IMG/VR virus record: IMGVR_UViG_3300020121_000439
Location: 4,307-68,306 of that record
Origin: a virus
Reading direction: 5' to 3' (one strand)
DNA: 64,000 nucleotides
How positions within the stretch are numbered: position 1 is the stretch's first letter; every line of letters starts with the position of its first letter. Made by a program: the position numbers and the translations under genes. Shown here in pieces: positions 38,260-47,300 of the stretch. Below the pieces are notes generated by a model. The model worked only from the letters and a program-made list of their open reading frames with translations, did no database searches and was not told the origin of the DNA.

Positions 38260-41200
38260 CTAGATTATAGGCGACATATCACGCCAGTTGGAGATTTTCA
38301 CAAGAGACGCCTTGTGCTCGGTCGGTATTATCATTCCCGGCATCTCGACCGTCTCCCGCGACATCAACCCATTCGCCCACCACGCCGCTTGCTTCGGTTC
38401 CACATCATTCCTTACTTCCCACAGAATCGAGTCGTGAACCTGCAACACGGGACGCATGGGTCGGCCTTTCACCATCTCGCGCCAACCGTCCACTAAAGCG
38501 AGTTTCGTCAAATGCGCTATGGGATTCGACCCCGCCATCGCCGCAGCAGTTTTCATCTTCTCCTCATCCTCGCCGAGCATAGTGAGATAGTATCCGTGTG
38601 GACTCACGTACGCTCCCTGACGCTCAATCATCTCCCCAATCTTCCGCTGGAACGCGCGCGCTCCCGGATACGCCCCAAACAACCGCTTCAACACCTCCAA
38701 CGCCTTGATCCTGTTCTCATACGTCTTGTCCCCGAACGCGCGCTGCGCCAGATTACTCCCCGTGAACGTCACGATTTTCCCGTTAAACTTCCACTCGGGC
38801 CAGATTTCCCTCGCACCAATATCAATTTCTTTCTTCACCTTCCCCGTGATCTCGCGGGGGAGCTTGAGCTGAATGCCCTCTAAATAGAACGACCCGTGCG
38901 TGGCCGACTTCGCCGCTTGCCGAGTCTTCCCTCCTCCCGTTAATTTTACAAACTCCATCTCCGCCGTAAGCCCCATCATCTCCGAAGTTTGCGTATGACC
39001 ATCTACGTCCAGCGGAATGCTATGTCCGGACTGGTGCAGGAAACATCTGTTTTCCGCGTTGCTAAAATCTGATTCGAGAAGGTAGTGCCCTGGCGACGCG
39101 ATAATCCCCCGGCGCACGAGCTTGCCTACGGATATACCCTTAAACTTCGCGCACGTCAACGTGGGGTGCTTCTCGATCCTCTCCCCGCACTCGCAGTTGT
39201 GGCGGTCCATGCGACGGGCCGAGACGTTCTGCAAGTTCGGTGAAACACAGTTATGAGCGCATATTTCCCCAGCGATAAAGTTGTGCGTCTCATCTATTTC
39301 CAGATCATAGACATCGACCTCACCACGCAACCGTTCAACGCTAGTAATGATGTGGTTGTAAGGAACAAACCCAGCGCGTTCTTGAATTTTGCGGAAACGG
39401 TAATAGCACATCGGCAGCTTCTTCATTGCCCGAATGTAACCGAGGCGTTTGAAATTTCGTCTATGACGAGCGATAAATTTAGCGTCTACTCTCTCCGAAC
39501 CACAAAACTCTTCCGCGATTTTCTTCCAGGACACACGCTTGCGCTTTAGAAGTTTCTGGAAACACTCGTAGTCGAAATGGTGCTTTCGGCACACCTTCAC
39601 AGGCGAACCCTTCGCAGCACGCAGCTCCTTTTCCAACCACTCTTTCGAACGGTTTAGTTGTAGCTTGCAGTTGTTGCGACGAAGAACCTCCAGAAAACTC
39701 TTTCTCTCTCTCTTCCACCTGCGTTTCATGTGAAAGCTACGAATATCATGAAGCTTCACTGCAAAGCCTGGCGCATGATCTTTCATGTGCTGTGAGTGCG
39801 TTTTACCTTCGAGATTATCAGGAACATTGTTCAAACGATTGTGGTCTTTGTGGTGAACCGCTTGGGGCCGTTTGTTAAAGAGCTTCCGGTAAACGAAGCG
39901 GTGCTCCCGATTGATTTCTCTGTGACCTGTGGCCCACAATCTCGCGTATCCAAGAGAGGTACCGCGAGCCAACGACAGCGTGCGGTCTCCGGGCTGAAGC
40001 AACCCGGCTTCTTTGTACGACCCATCCACCAACCGAATCCGATGATCCGGCGTTACGTCCACGAAGCCAGTCTTTCTCTTGCTTCCTCCAGCTTTCCAGT
40101 GAACACGAACGACTTCACGTTTACCGTTGCAAAAAGTCTTAAGAACGCGGCGTAATTGCAACCTCTTTCTTTCGTCGAAGGTGTAAGCCCAATCCCCAAC
40201 CCGCACGTCCTCAATAGGAATTCCCTTGGGAAATTTCACGACATCCCGAAGAACCTCAATCGGCGTTCCTTTAGCGATGCACTGAAGCCGCCCAGTGGAA
40301 GTAAACATCCCTAACCTGGGATGAATCTTCCCGTACGCGTCCATATACCCCTTCCAGTTCCCGCTTTTGTCCTTCGTCACCGGAGCGTACCAGCGCGCGA
40401 CGCCTGCGCCGAGTTCTTTGTGGTCGAGGCTTAAGTGGAGTTCTTCGTCCTCGTACTCCTCACACGCCTCGCGAATTGTCGTTTCCTGCCAGTCGTCGAG
40501 CACGATACCTTTCTTCTTAAAGTGCTCAATCGCAGCTTTGTTAGACTTCGGGTTGAACGGCAGAATGCCTTCGATGTGTGCTTTCTGGCGTTCGAATTCG
40601 CCCTGAAGCCCGCTCTCTCCGTCTTCTCCATAAAGATATTTCTTGTCCGCCTGCACCCCATACCGGGCCATCTCGCCCAGCACGTACGCGAGTTCGCGAT
40701 GGAGAGGGTAGAGTTTCTCCACTCCCCGGATAATACTGGATTTCAGAATGTGCGGGAAACCCCACACGGGACCGAGCGAGTCCACGGCGTTATAGGCGTA
40801 CTCCGAGTGAATACGGCACGGTCGCGAACCGTCACACCCGTTCTCCATACCAATACACGCCTTATAGTTCCGGAGCGAGGTGTAGAGTGAGAGGAAAGTC
40901 CACAGATTCATGTAGCCCTTTCCCTTGCTCGGACCTTCGTCGTCTTCGCCAGACTTTACCCCTTTACAGAGGTGCGCGGAAACCAAAGCGTGCCGAATAA
41001 TCGTGTCTTCGATATTCTCCAACTTCAACGTCAACCCAACCTGGCGAAAGGCAAAGAAGTCGGCGGAAGTGAACGCGTGGCCGAGAAAACGCATCTCGGG
41101 GTGACGCCGGAGCAATTCTTTAAAGTACGGTAATCCGTCGTGAAACGGAACGCTTATGTGCAACGCGCCGTCGCTCACACCGAGAATTGTGGGGACTTCT

Positions 41201-41382
41201 ACGTACCTCTCCGGCTCGTTGTATTCGAGATCACACCCGAGAATGGGAGCGGTGGTTTTGAGGAGCGATTGAGCGAACTTCTGGTAAGGCACGCTCTCCG
41301 GCCCGAAGAGATTGAGGATGCGGGAAGCGTCTTTCTCTATTTTCGGCCATTCCCGAGTAGGAATATACTTCACCGCGACCAC
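38260..41382 (-). CDS. polA: family A DNA polymerase with intein
   Basis: Exo DLE; TGRLQ/C.SPNLQN; motif A DFSNAENR; motif B RQAAKSATHGSFY; motif C VHDS. Confidence 0.92.
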   Translation of the reverse strand: MVAVKYIPTREWPKIEKDASRILNLFGPESVPYQKFAQSLLKTTAPILGCDLEYNEPERYVEVPTILGVSDGALHISVPFHDGLPYFKELLRRHPEMRFLGHAFTSADFFAFRQVGLTLKLENIEDTIIRHALVSAHLCKGVKSGEDDEGPSKGKGYMNLWTFLSLYTSLRNYKACIGMENGCDGSRPCRIHSEYAYNAVDSLGPVWGFPHILKSSIIRGVEKLYPLHRELAYVLGEMARYGVQADKKYLYGEDGESGLQGEFERQKAHIEGILPFNPKSNKAAIEHFKKKGIVLDDWQETTIREACEEYEDEELHLSLDHKELGAGVARWYAPVTKDKSGNWKGYMDAYGKIHPRLGMFTSTGRLQCIAKGTPIEVLRDVVKFPKGIPIEDVRVGDWAYTFDERKRLQLRRVLKTFCNGKREVVRVHWKAGGSKRKTGFVDVTPDHRIRLVDGSYKEAGLLQPGDRTLSLARGTSLGYARLWATGHREINREHRFVYRKLFNKRPQAVHHKDHNRLNNVPDNLEGKTHSQHMKDHAPGFAVKLHDIRSFHMKRRWKRERKSFLEVLRRNNCKLQLNRSKEWLEKELRAAKGSPVKVCRKHHFDYECFQKLLKRKRVSWKKIAEEFCGSERVDAKFIARHRRNFKRLGYIRAMKKLPMCYYRFRKIQERAGFVPYNHIITSVERLRGEVDVYDLEIDETHNFIAGEICAHNCVSPNLQNVSARRMDRHNCECGERIEKHPTLTCAKFKGISVGKLVRRGIIASPGHYLLESDFSNAENRCFLHQSGHSIPLDVDGHTQTSEMMGLTAEMEFVKLTGGGKTRQAAKSATHGSFYLEGIQLKLPREITGKVKKEIDIGAREIWPEWKFNGKIVTFTGSNLAQRAFGDKTYENRIKALEVLKRLFGAYPGARAFQRKIGEMIERQGAYVSPHGYYLTMLGEDEEKMKTAAAMAGSNPIAHLTKLALVDGWREMVKGRPMRPVLQVHDSILWEVRNDVEPKQAAWWANGLMSRETVEMPGMIIPTEHKASLVKISNWRDMSPII
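39250..40281 (-). mobile_element. intein (344 aa) with HNH endonuclease
   Basis: N-terminus CIAKGT, block B TPDHRI, block F VYDLEI, terminal HN followed by +1 Cys; internal VHHKDHNRLNN..DNL. Confidence 0.92.
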
Positions 41383-41440
41383 ATCCGTTTAATCGCCCGG
41401 AGTTGAACGAGCACGAACGCGGTGGGGAGGGTGGAGTAGG

Positions 41441-41746
41441 TCATAAACGCTCCAACGCTGCCGTTGCTTCCCGAATGCAATTCCGGCGATGCTGCTCGAA
41501 CGCGGCGTCAATTCCCGGCACGACGCACCCGCCGTTCATTTGTGAGAGCGACCGTCCTACGATTTTAAACCCATTCTCGTAACCGTTTACGTGGTAAACA
41601 ATCACCTTCCCACCGTCCTCCAACTCCAAATCGTGCGGCTCGGTGTGTAACCACACGGTAGCGCGTTGTGACCACGTTTTCGCGGCCCAACTGCGCTCGG
41701 GCACAGTCGAGATTCCAAACAATTCGTTTTCCAATCGTATTCTCAT
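41441..41746 (-). CDS. hypothetical protein
   Basis: GGAGG RBS, ATGA overlap. Confidence 0.6.
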   Translation of the reverse strand: MRIRLENELFGISTVPERSWAAKTWSQRATVWLHTEPHDLELEDGGKVIVYHVNGYENGFKIVGRSLSQMNGGCVVPGIDAAFEQHRRNCIREATAALERL

Positions 41747-42261
41747 TTCACTAACCTCCTCAACTCCCTCACCGCCCTGAACGCCGTCGCGCGGACGGTG
41801 TTGCGATTACCACTCGGTCCGGCAATCTCGCGATACGTCTCGCCGCAGACATAATGCCGATGAATAACCCGGCGGTCACGGGAATTCAATCGTTCGACGG
41901 CGGCGTTCATCGTGAGCAATTCCGGAACCAACTCGACCCGGCGGTCTCGCACGACAAGTTGCCGAGGGAGCGGTTTTCGCTCACCTTCCTCGTTCTCCAC
42001 GACCACTTCGAGCGGTTCGAACCTTACGCCGGCCCGGGCGTCCTTTCGCAACACTAGCAACGCACAATTCACCGCGACACGATAGATCCAGGTCCACGGC
42101 GCGGCGTCGCCGCGAAACTCCCCCAATCCCCGCCACACCCTCAACCACGTCTCCTGCGCGGCGTCGTCGATGTCGTTGGGACGGTAGCGGAGGATCAAGG
42201 CGATCACCGCACGGACGCGGGGGGCGTAGCGGGAGTGGAGGGTGGGGAAGTCGGGGGTCAC
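41743..42261 (-). CDS. ECF-type RNA polymerase sigma factor
   Basis: DDAAQETWLRVWR, F.GDA..WTWIYRVAVN, TYREIA...NTVR. Confidence 0.85.
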   Translation of the reverse strand: MTPDFPTLHSRYAPRVRAVIALILRYRPNDIDDAAQETWLRVWRGLGEFRGDAAPWTWIYRVAVNCALLVLRKDARAGVRFEPLEVVVENEEGERKPLPRQLVVRDRRVELVPELLTMNAAVERLNSRDRRVIHRHYVCGETYREIAGPSGNRNTVRATAFRAVRELRRLVK

Positions 42262-43268
42262 GGGATAGTGGACTCCGGCGTAATGGGCGCATTCGACCCG
42301 CAAACACACGACCCCTGCTGGCACACCAAACACAGGCCGGGACGTGGCTTCTTCGGGCGTGGGGGCGGGGTTAGAACGCCGGTCACAACGTCAATCAAAT
42401 CCAGCAAATTAGGGCTGGGCACGATCGCGCCGAGATTGTTCAACGTGGTGATGATACGGTCGGCTAATTCCGCTCGTGCAACCTCCGCCTTCGATTTCTT
42501 CTTCGGTCGTTCGCTCTTCGGCATCGCGCTTCTCCTCGCCTTCTCCGCTTTGATACTAAGCGTGTTTACGCGTGTTGTCAACCAGTTTTCGTTGACAAAT
42601 TCATAATGCCCTCTACTTTTGGTCACGTTTTTAAAATATCCAAAGTACGTGTCCACCGCGTTGCCGCCCATTAGTAAAAGGACGCGTTCGCCCTGGTCCG
42701 CGAATTCCTTCACTTTACGCAAATCCTCGACGATGAGCAAATATGGAGTGGTCTCCCTCAAGACCGCACTTGGATGTATGGAAAATACCACGACCGTCGG
42801 CTTGAACTCGTCGATGCGATCGTACCGGCGACATGCGTGCGCGGCGATGTTCTTCGCGTTGCCCGTGGGCCAGTTCGCGCCGCCCTTCGACTTCGGCGGA
42901 ATGCACCGCAGGGCGTTGTCGATCATTATTCGATCTCGTTGGATTCCCGCCGCTTCGAGCATTTGGTTGAAGAGAAACCCGGTGCGGCCGACGACGGGAA
43001 CGCCCCGCGCCAGCAATCTCGGCTCAATCTCGGGATAACGCTCCCGGCGTCGTTTCATCTCCGCCTGGGACTCCCGCACCTCACCCAACACGTACCGTTT
43101 CTTGTTCCCCGGCGGGGGCCACACGGAGAAGTTCACTTCTTCAAGGTAGGGCGATTCGAGGACGATCATTATATTCGTGCGTGCGGGATCCCCGCAGCCC
43201 ACGACGAAGCCTTTCCCAAGACCGTACAACGAACACGCCGAACACAAAGGTGGGTGCCAATTCGACAT
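42258..43268 (-). CDS. uracil-DNA glycosylase family 4-like protein
   Basis: CSACSL, IMIVLESP, PVVGRTG, NALRCIPP and HPSAVLR motifs. Confidence 0.75.
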   Translation of the reverse strand: MSNWHPPLCSACSLYGLGKGFVVGCGDPARTNIMIVLESPYLEEVNFSVWPPPGNKKRYVLGEVRESQAEMKRRRERYPEIEPRLLARGVPVVGRTGFLFNQMLEAAGIQRDRIMIDNALRCIPPKSKGGANWPTGNAKNIAAHACRRYDRIDEFKPTVVVFSIHPSAVLRETTPYLLIVEDLRKVKEFADQGERVLLLMGGNAVDTYFGYFKNVTKSRGHYEFVNENWLTTRVNTLSIKAEKARRSAMPKSERPKKKSKAEVARAELADRIITTLNNLGAIVPSPNLLDLIDVVTGVLTPPPRPKKPRPGLCLVCQQGSCVCGSNAPITPESTIP

Positions 43269-43272
43269 CTCG

Positions 43273-43704
43273 CTAATCCGGCATCCTGAACCCGCCCACA
43301 ACCGGATGGTTCCCGGCTTCGTGCGCGGCAGCAGCGTCTATCGCCTTATCCCCAATAAACTCGACCAAATTCGCGAGATCACCGAGTTTTATCAATTCCT
43401 CGATCTCGTCGTGATACTTCTCTGCTAGATATACTGCATCTCTCATCGTGAACCTCTCCTTCGTTTCGCCGCGTTCTGTGCTCGAACGAACGCGTCTCGG
43501 AACCGCGCTCAAATCCGGCTGCGCCCACCTTCCGGAACCGGGGGATTTAGTGAGGTGATAATGCGCCGTCCCGTCCGCTTCCAAATTCGGACACTCGTAC
43601 GCACGGAGCGGAAAGGGCGTCCACGCGGTCGAAGCGAATTTTAAAGCGGCATCCTCGCTCACGAACCTCGCTTTTGAGTAGCACATCTTATCGAGCGGCG
43701 TCAC
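43273..43704 (-). CDS. hypothetical protein
   Basis: RAYECP...HYHLT motif. Confidence 0.6.
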   Translation of the reverse strand: MTPLDKMCYSKARFVSEDAALKFASTAWTPFPLRAYECPNLEADGTAHYHLTKSPGSGRWAQPDLSAVPRRVRSSTERGETKERFTMRDAVYLAEKYHDEIEELIKLGDLANLVEFIGDKAIDAAAAHEAGNHPVVGGFRMPD

Positions 43705-43958
43705 GGCGTTACCTTCCGCACCCGTTTCTTCCGCCGCGTGTTCGCCTCAATCTTCCTGAGCGTGCGGGGAATCGCAAGAGTTTCGGAACAGTTGTAGCGA
43801 TTCTGTAGCGTCTCTAATCTCTGATCCACGCTCTCCAGCACGTTGCGAATGGATTCGAGCAGTTGCGCCGAGATCGCGCCATGTTTGAACGAATCGCCAT
43901 CGAGAAAATTAAAACTCGGCCTCACGTACTTCCCGCCGCGTTGAATGTTTGAACTCAT
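43701..43958 (-). CDS. hypothetical protein
   Basis: GGAG RBS. Confidence 0.55.
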   Translation of the reverse strand: MSSNIQRGGKYVRPSFNFLDGDSFKHGAISAQLLESIRNVLESVDQRLETLQNRYNCSETLAIPRTLRKIEANTRRKKRVRKVTP

Positions 43959-43995
43959 CGTTAAAATCTCCCGTCCGACAAAGTGTCGTTTCGCG

Positions 43996-44307
43996 CTACC
44001 GCACGATTCTCCGCACCAGCTCCAAATCCAACAACGCCTCGCGCAGACGATTCCCCTGCTCCGAGAAGTTCGCGGATAGACTCGCGTTCGTCCGGCGCAA
44101 TTCAATCACTTCGTTACGGAGCGAAGACAACTCTCCTCGAATCTTGTTCACCACCACATCCGCAAACGGATACCCCGTTCGTCCAATCGAGTCCCACAGC
44201 GTCCAGCCGTCGTTGGGGTGGTCGAGATGGAAATGGTTGATTAGATACTGCGCGTCGTCGAAACCTTTTCCGCAGACGTTACAACGGTAATCTTTCGCTT
44301 TGGACAT
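43996..44307 (-). CDS. C2H2 zinc-finger protein with coiled coil
   Basis: YRCNVCGKGF......INHFHLDH. Confidence 0.65.
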   Translation of the reverse strand: MSKAKDYRCNVCGKGFDDAQYLINHFHLDHPNDGWTLWDSIGRTGYPFADVVVNKIRGELSSLRNEVIELRRTNASLSANFSEQGNRLREALLDLELVRRIVR

Positions 44308-44412
44308 TTTGTTCTCCGGCGTGCTCGACCGCGTGTTTACGCGGAACGACCCCACCACTTTACGCGATGGGGTCGTGGGTTGTCAATCGTTAAATTGCGT
44401 CGTGGTGACCGT

Positions 44413-45102
44413 TTACTCGGCCCACATTTTGCGAACGTCCTTGAAAAAGCCCTGCGTTTTCGGGTTCGTCGCGGACTCGGGTTCAAGAACGCGCTTGATC
44501 TTGAGTTCGCCATCGAACCGGGGATCAGCGTTGGTTTCGGGCCGGCGCACAATCACGGTTTCGGTGTCCACCAGAACGGCGTTGAGCACGGCGACATACT
44601 CGTCCGAGTTGGTGGGCGTCGAGAGACCGAGCGCACTCGGCGTGCGTCCCTGTTTCTCGGCGATCGTGATGAGGTTCTGCACCTCTCCCGTTCCTTTGCT
44701 GTTCGAGATATTCCGGGCGTAGGATTGCGCAGGACTCTGCTTGGGCCGACCGGAATCGTTCAATCCGGGTGACTCCCGCGACAGGTTCTCTGCGTGAAAG
44801 CCGTTCGCGCTCCAGTTCGACGTGTCGAAGAACTCGACCGGCGGGAACAACGAAAGCGTGAAATCACGCCCCCCAGCGCCGGTGTCGATGGATTCGAATT
44901 GGACCTGCAACGCGGTGGTCCCGGAGTCGAAAGTCTTCGTGCCGACTCCCACCACCTTCGCGCGGTGTGCGTCCGCCGCCTTCGGATCGAGCTGGCCGGC
45001 GGGCGTGCCGAAGCCGGATGTGGTGGGAGCGGTCCCGGTGTTATCGTGTGTAGTCTCCATGTGTGTCGTGATCTCCTCGTCTGTGATTGTCGTAGTGTCC
45101 AT
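44413..45102 (-). CDS. putative single-stranded DNA-binding protein
   Basis: OB-fold-like strand pattern; in recombination/replication module. Confidence 0.45.
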   Translation of the reverse strand: MDTTTITDEEITTHMETTHDNTGTAPTTSGFGTPAGQLDPKAADAHRAKVVGVGTKTFDSGTTALQVQFESIDTGAGGRDFTLSLFPPVEFFDTSNWSANGFHAENLSRESPGLNDSGRPKQSPAQSYARNISNSKGTGEVQNLITIAEKQGRTPSALGLSTPTNSDEYVAVLNAVLVDTETVIVRRPETNADPRFDGELKIKRVLEPESATNPKTQGFFKDVRKMWAE

Positions 45103-45193
45103 GTGATTGTTGTGAATCTCTCCTTCGTTTCGATTTTACGCGTTGGGCGTGGGCGGTGTCAACTATCCGATGTAACCGCCGTCCGGGCCGTAG

Positions 45194-45361
45194 TCATCGG
45201 TAATATTGTCTGCGGTCGTAGGCGGAGTTGTTATCGGCGCGACCGTCCCTACTCACGTTCGGCGCGACCTTTGTCGTGCGCTTGGTTGTGGTTGTGCGAC
45301 GCTTCTTTACGGTCGTCGCTTTTTTCTTGGTGCGTTTCGTGACTTTCTTTTTTGCGGCCAT
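45194..45361 (-). CDS. 55-aa Lys/Arg/Thr-rich basic protein (not in ORF track)
   Basis: AAAGGAGG RBS; MAAKKKVTKRTKKKATTVKKRRTTTTKRTTK... Confidence 0.75.
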   Translation of the reverse strand: MAAKKKVTKRTKKKATTVKKRRTTTTKRTTKVAPNVSRDGRADNNSAYDRRQYYR

Positions 45362-45470
45362 TTGTGGTGGCTCCTCCTTTTGAAATTCGTTAGTGCTCGG
45401 GTGTGAAAGGGGCCGCTGGAACGCCTCGTGCTTATCTGACGACGGCGCTTTAGGGTCGGCCCCGGCTCCC

Positions 45471-45725
45471 CTAAACTTCTTTGTCCGGTTCCGCTTCGTC
45501 TGAGTACAGCGTGTCGTCGTCCTCGTCCGGCGGCGGTCCCAGCACCTTTTCCATCCGCTGCCACGCGGCCTTCAACGCTTTGTGAGCATCGCGGAAATCC
45601 CGCGCCTTCACCTCGGGGAATGACGAGCCCGTAATAAAATACTCAAACCCGCCTTCCCATTGGAGCTTGGCCCACACCTCGTGTTTCTGCTCGGGGGTCA
45701 TTTTGGTGGATTTCGTTTTTGCCAT
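45471..45725 (-). CDS. hypothetical protein
   Basis: GAGGAG RBS. Confidence 0.65.
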   Translation of the reverse strand: MAKTKSTKMTPEQKHEVWAKLQWEGGFEYFITGSSFPEVKARDFRDAHKALKAAWQRMEKVLGPPPDEDDDTLYSDEAEPDKEV

Positions 45726-45811
45726 CGCGTTTTCTCCTCAATTCGAATCGGCCAGCCATGTGTACGGTTGCCGCCGTAATCGCCGTCTGCCCAGCAAGGC
45801 ATCGACGACCG

Positions 45812-45926
45812 CTGGCCGAACTTTCGCCAAAGGTGCTCTGCCCACTGAGCTACGGCAGGCAGTCCTGCCGAGGGGGATTCGAACCCCCGACCTCCTTGGA
45901 CGCTTTTTACGAAAGTGGCCCGGCCC
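45812..45926 (-). ncRNA. YrlA-like Y RNA (circularly permuted tRNA mimic)
   Basis: 5'->3': ACTTTCG..CCAAGG, AGGTC, T arm GGGGG-TTCGAAT-CCCCC, loop-closed acceptor stem CGGCAGG-ACTG-CCTGCCG, TA, D arm GCTC-AGTGGGCA-GAGC, CCTTTGG, CGAAAGT. Confidence 0.8.
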
Positions 45927-46350
45927 CGAAGGACTGGCCCAAAGAGGCGTCGGGCCCATAAGACCCCCGCCACCACCTCTCGTAACTTTAGCGGTCGAAT
46001 GTGCTCGACCACTAAACCTCCGGGAACGGGCTGAACAGCACTGTGCTGCCCATTTAACCCGCTGTTCTCGTCAGCAGTACCGATTCCCGGCATCTGGGTC
46101 AACGGAGAGGGAATGGAGAACCCCTCCGCCTTATGCTTATCCGCCGCTCCGTAACCCCAGGGGTCGCTCCATACAACATGGGGCTCGAACCGAAACGGCG
46201 TTTTTACCCAGTACAACTCGAAATGAAAAGCCCCGCGTAGTGTCAGAGCTGGTTGACTCCGACCATTTTACACACCCTCTCTCAGCGTGTTCTCTCCTCG
46301 GTTACGGGGACAAGGTGCACGGCGGCACCACGGAATCACTCAAGAATCCG

Positions 46351-46889
46351 TTAAATTCGTCCTTCAAACCTCGGTTCGTCCCAGGCATCCACAAAATAAA
46401 TCTCGTCTCCGTTCTTCGCGACGAGAAACGGATCGGCCTTGGGATCGCTAAGGTGCTGAATATAGAACTGCACCTCCGGCAGGACCTCCTTGATGCGGAT
46501 GGCCTTGTCCAGCACAAACTCCGGCACCGGGCGTTTGTATTCCGATAGCAGCGTATGTTGCCACGACGCCACTGTGAACCACCCCGACACCCAATCTTTC
46601 AGACGCTCCACCGCAACTTCCTTGGTGCGTCGGCCGATCTCTTCCATCTGGTAGTCGATCACCATATTGGCGTCGAGAACGTCCATCTCAAGTTTTAGCA
46701 GTGTTTCGGTGAGCTTCCCTGAAAACACGCCAAAACTGCTCACCCCAGAAACATCGGTTACGAGAGCTTTGTAGCCGCAGCGCGACTGGCGAGACGCCCA
46801 CGTTCGCTGGACAAAGCGTAGGTGTTGACATCCTGAACGGATGTTTGGACTCCGGCACGGTGCCGGGGAATGTCTTTTAGAGCTATCAT
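46351..46889 (-). pseudogene. hypothetical protein, apparently frameshifted
   Basis: GGAGG RBS and ATG at 46889; frame changes near 46775 (RLASRA / GYKALVTD). Confidence 0.55.
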
Positions 46890-47086
46890 CGTGTTTCCTC
46901 CTGTAAATTTGTTCGTTCTAACCTCTCCTGCGCCTCCTGCAACCCCCGCAACGCCGGCACGAGCACTTCGTACGCCGCAATGCCCGCCAACTCCGCCCCG
47001 CATTCCACAACCGCCGCTACGACGCGAACGAGCATTACAGCGACAATCGCCAAGACGCGCAGGACGAGGGAAATCGGCTTAACCAT
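46886..47086 (-). CDS. small membrane protein
   Basis: Hydrophobic N-terminal helix. Confidence 0.5.
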   Translation of the reverse strand: MVKPISLVLRVLAIVAVMLVRVVAAVVECGAELAGIAAYEVLVPALRGLQEAQERLERTNLQEETR

Positions 47087-47300
47087 TTCTTTTCACCTTC
47101 ATCCCCTTCGTGACCTGGCGTATCTGTTCTCGTTGAGCTTCGGCGGCAGTCGTAAAAACTCCGGTAACGTCCCTGCTTAATGCAAACGTCCCCAAATACC
47201 CCCACATCGTGTCGATGTTTCCCCACACGCATTCATCCGTTCCCTCGTTCGGATCGCGTGTCCAGAACACGAAATACGCACGTTTTAGCGGGATTTTCAT
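47079..47300 (-). CDS. hypothetical protein
   Basis: ATGA overlap. Confidence 0.55.
   Translation of the reverse strand: MKIPLKRAYFVFWTRDPNEGTDECVWGNIDTMWGYLGTFALSRDVTGVFTTAAEAQREQIRQVTKGMKVKRNG

Noticed and set aside
45820-45900. Ordinary tRNA or two-piece tmRNA
   Set aside because: The arms are in permuted order with no anticodon loop and no CCA. A full D stem is present, which tmRNA lacks.
46030-46080. Hammerhead ribozyme (CTGACGA on - strand)
   Set aside because: No GAAA follows the putative stem II.
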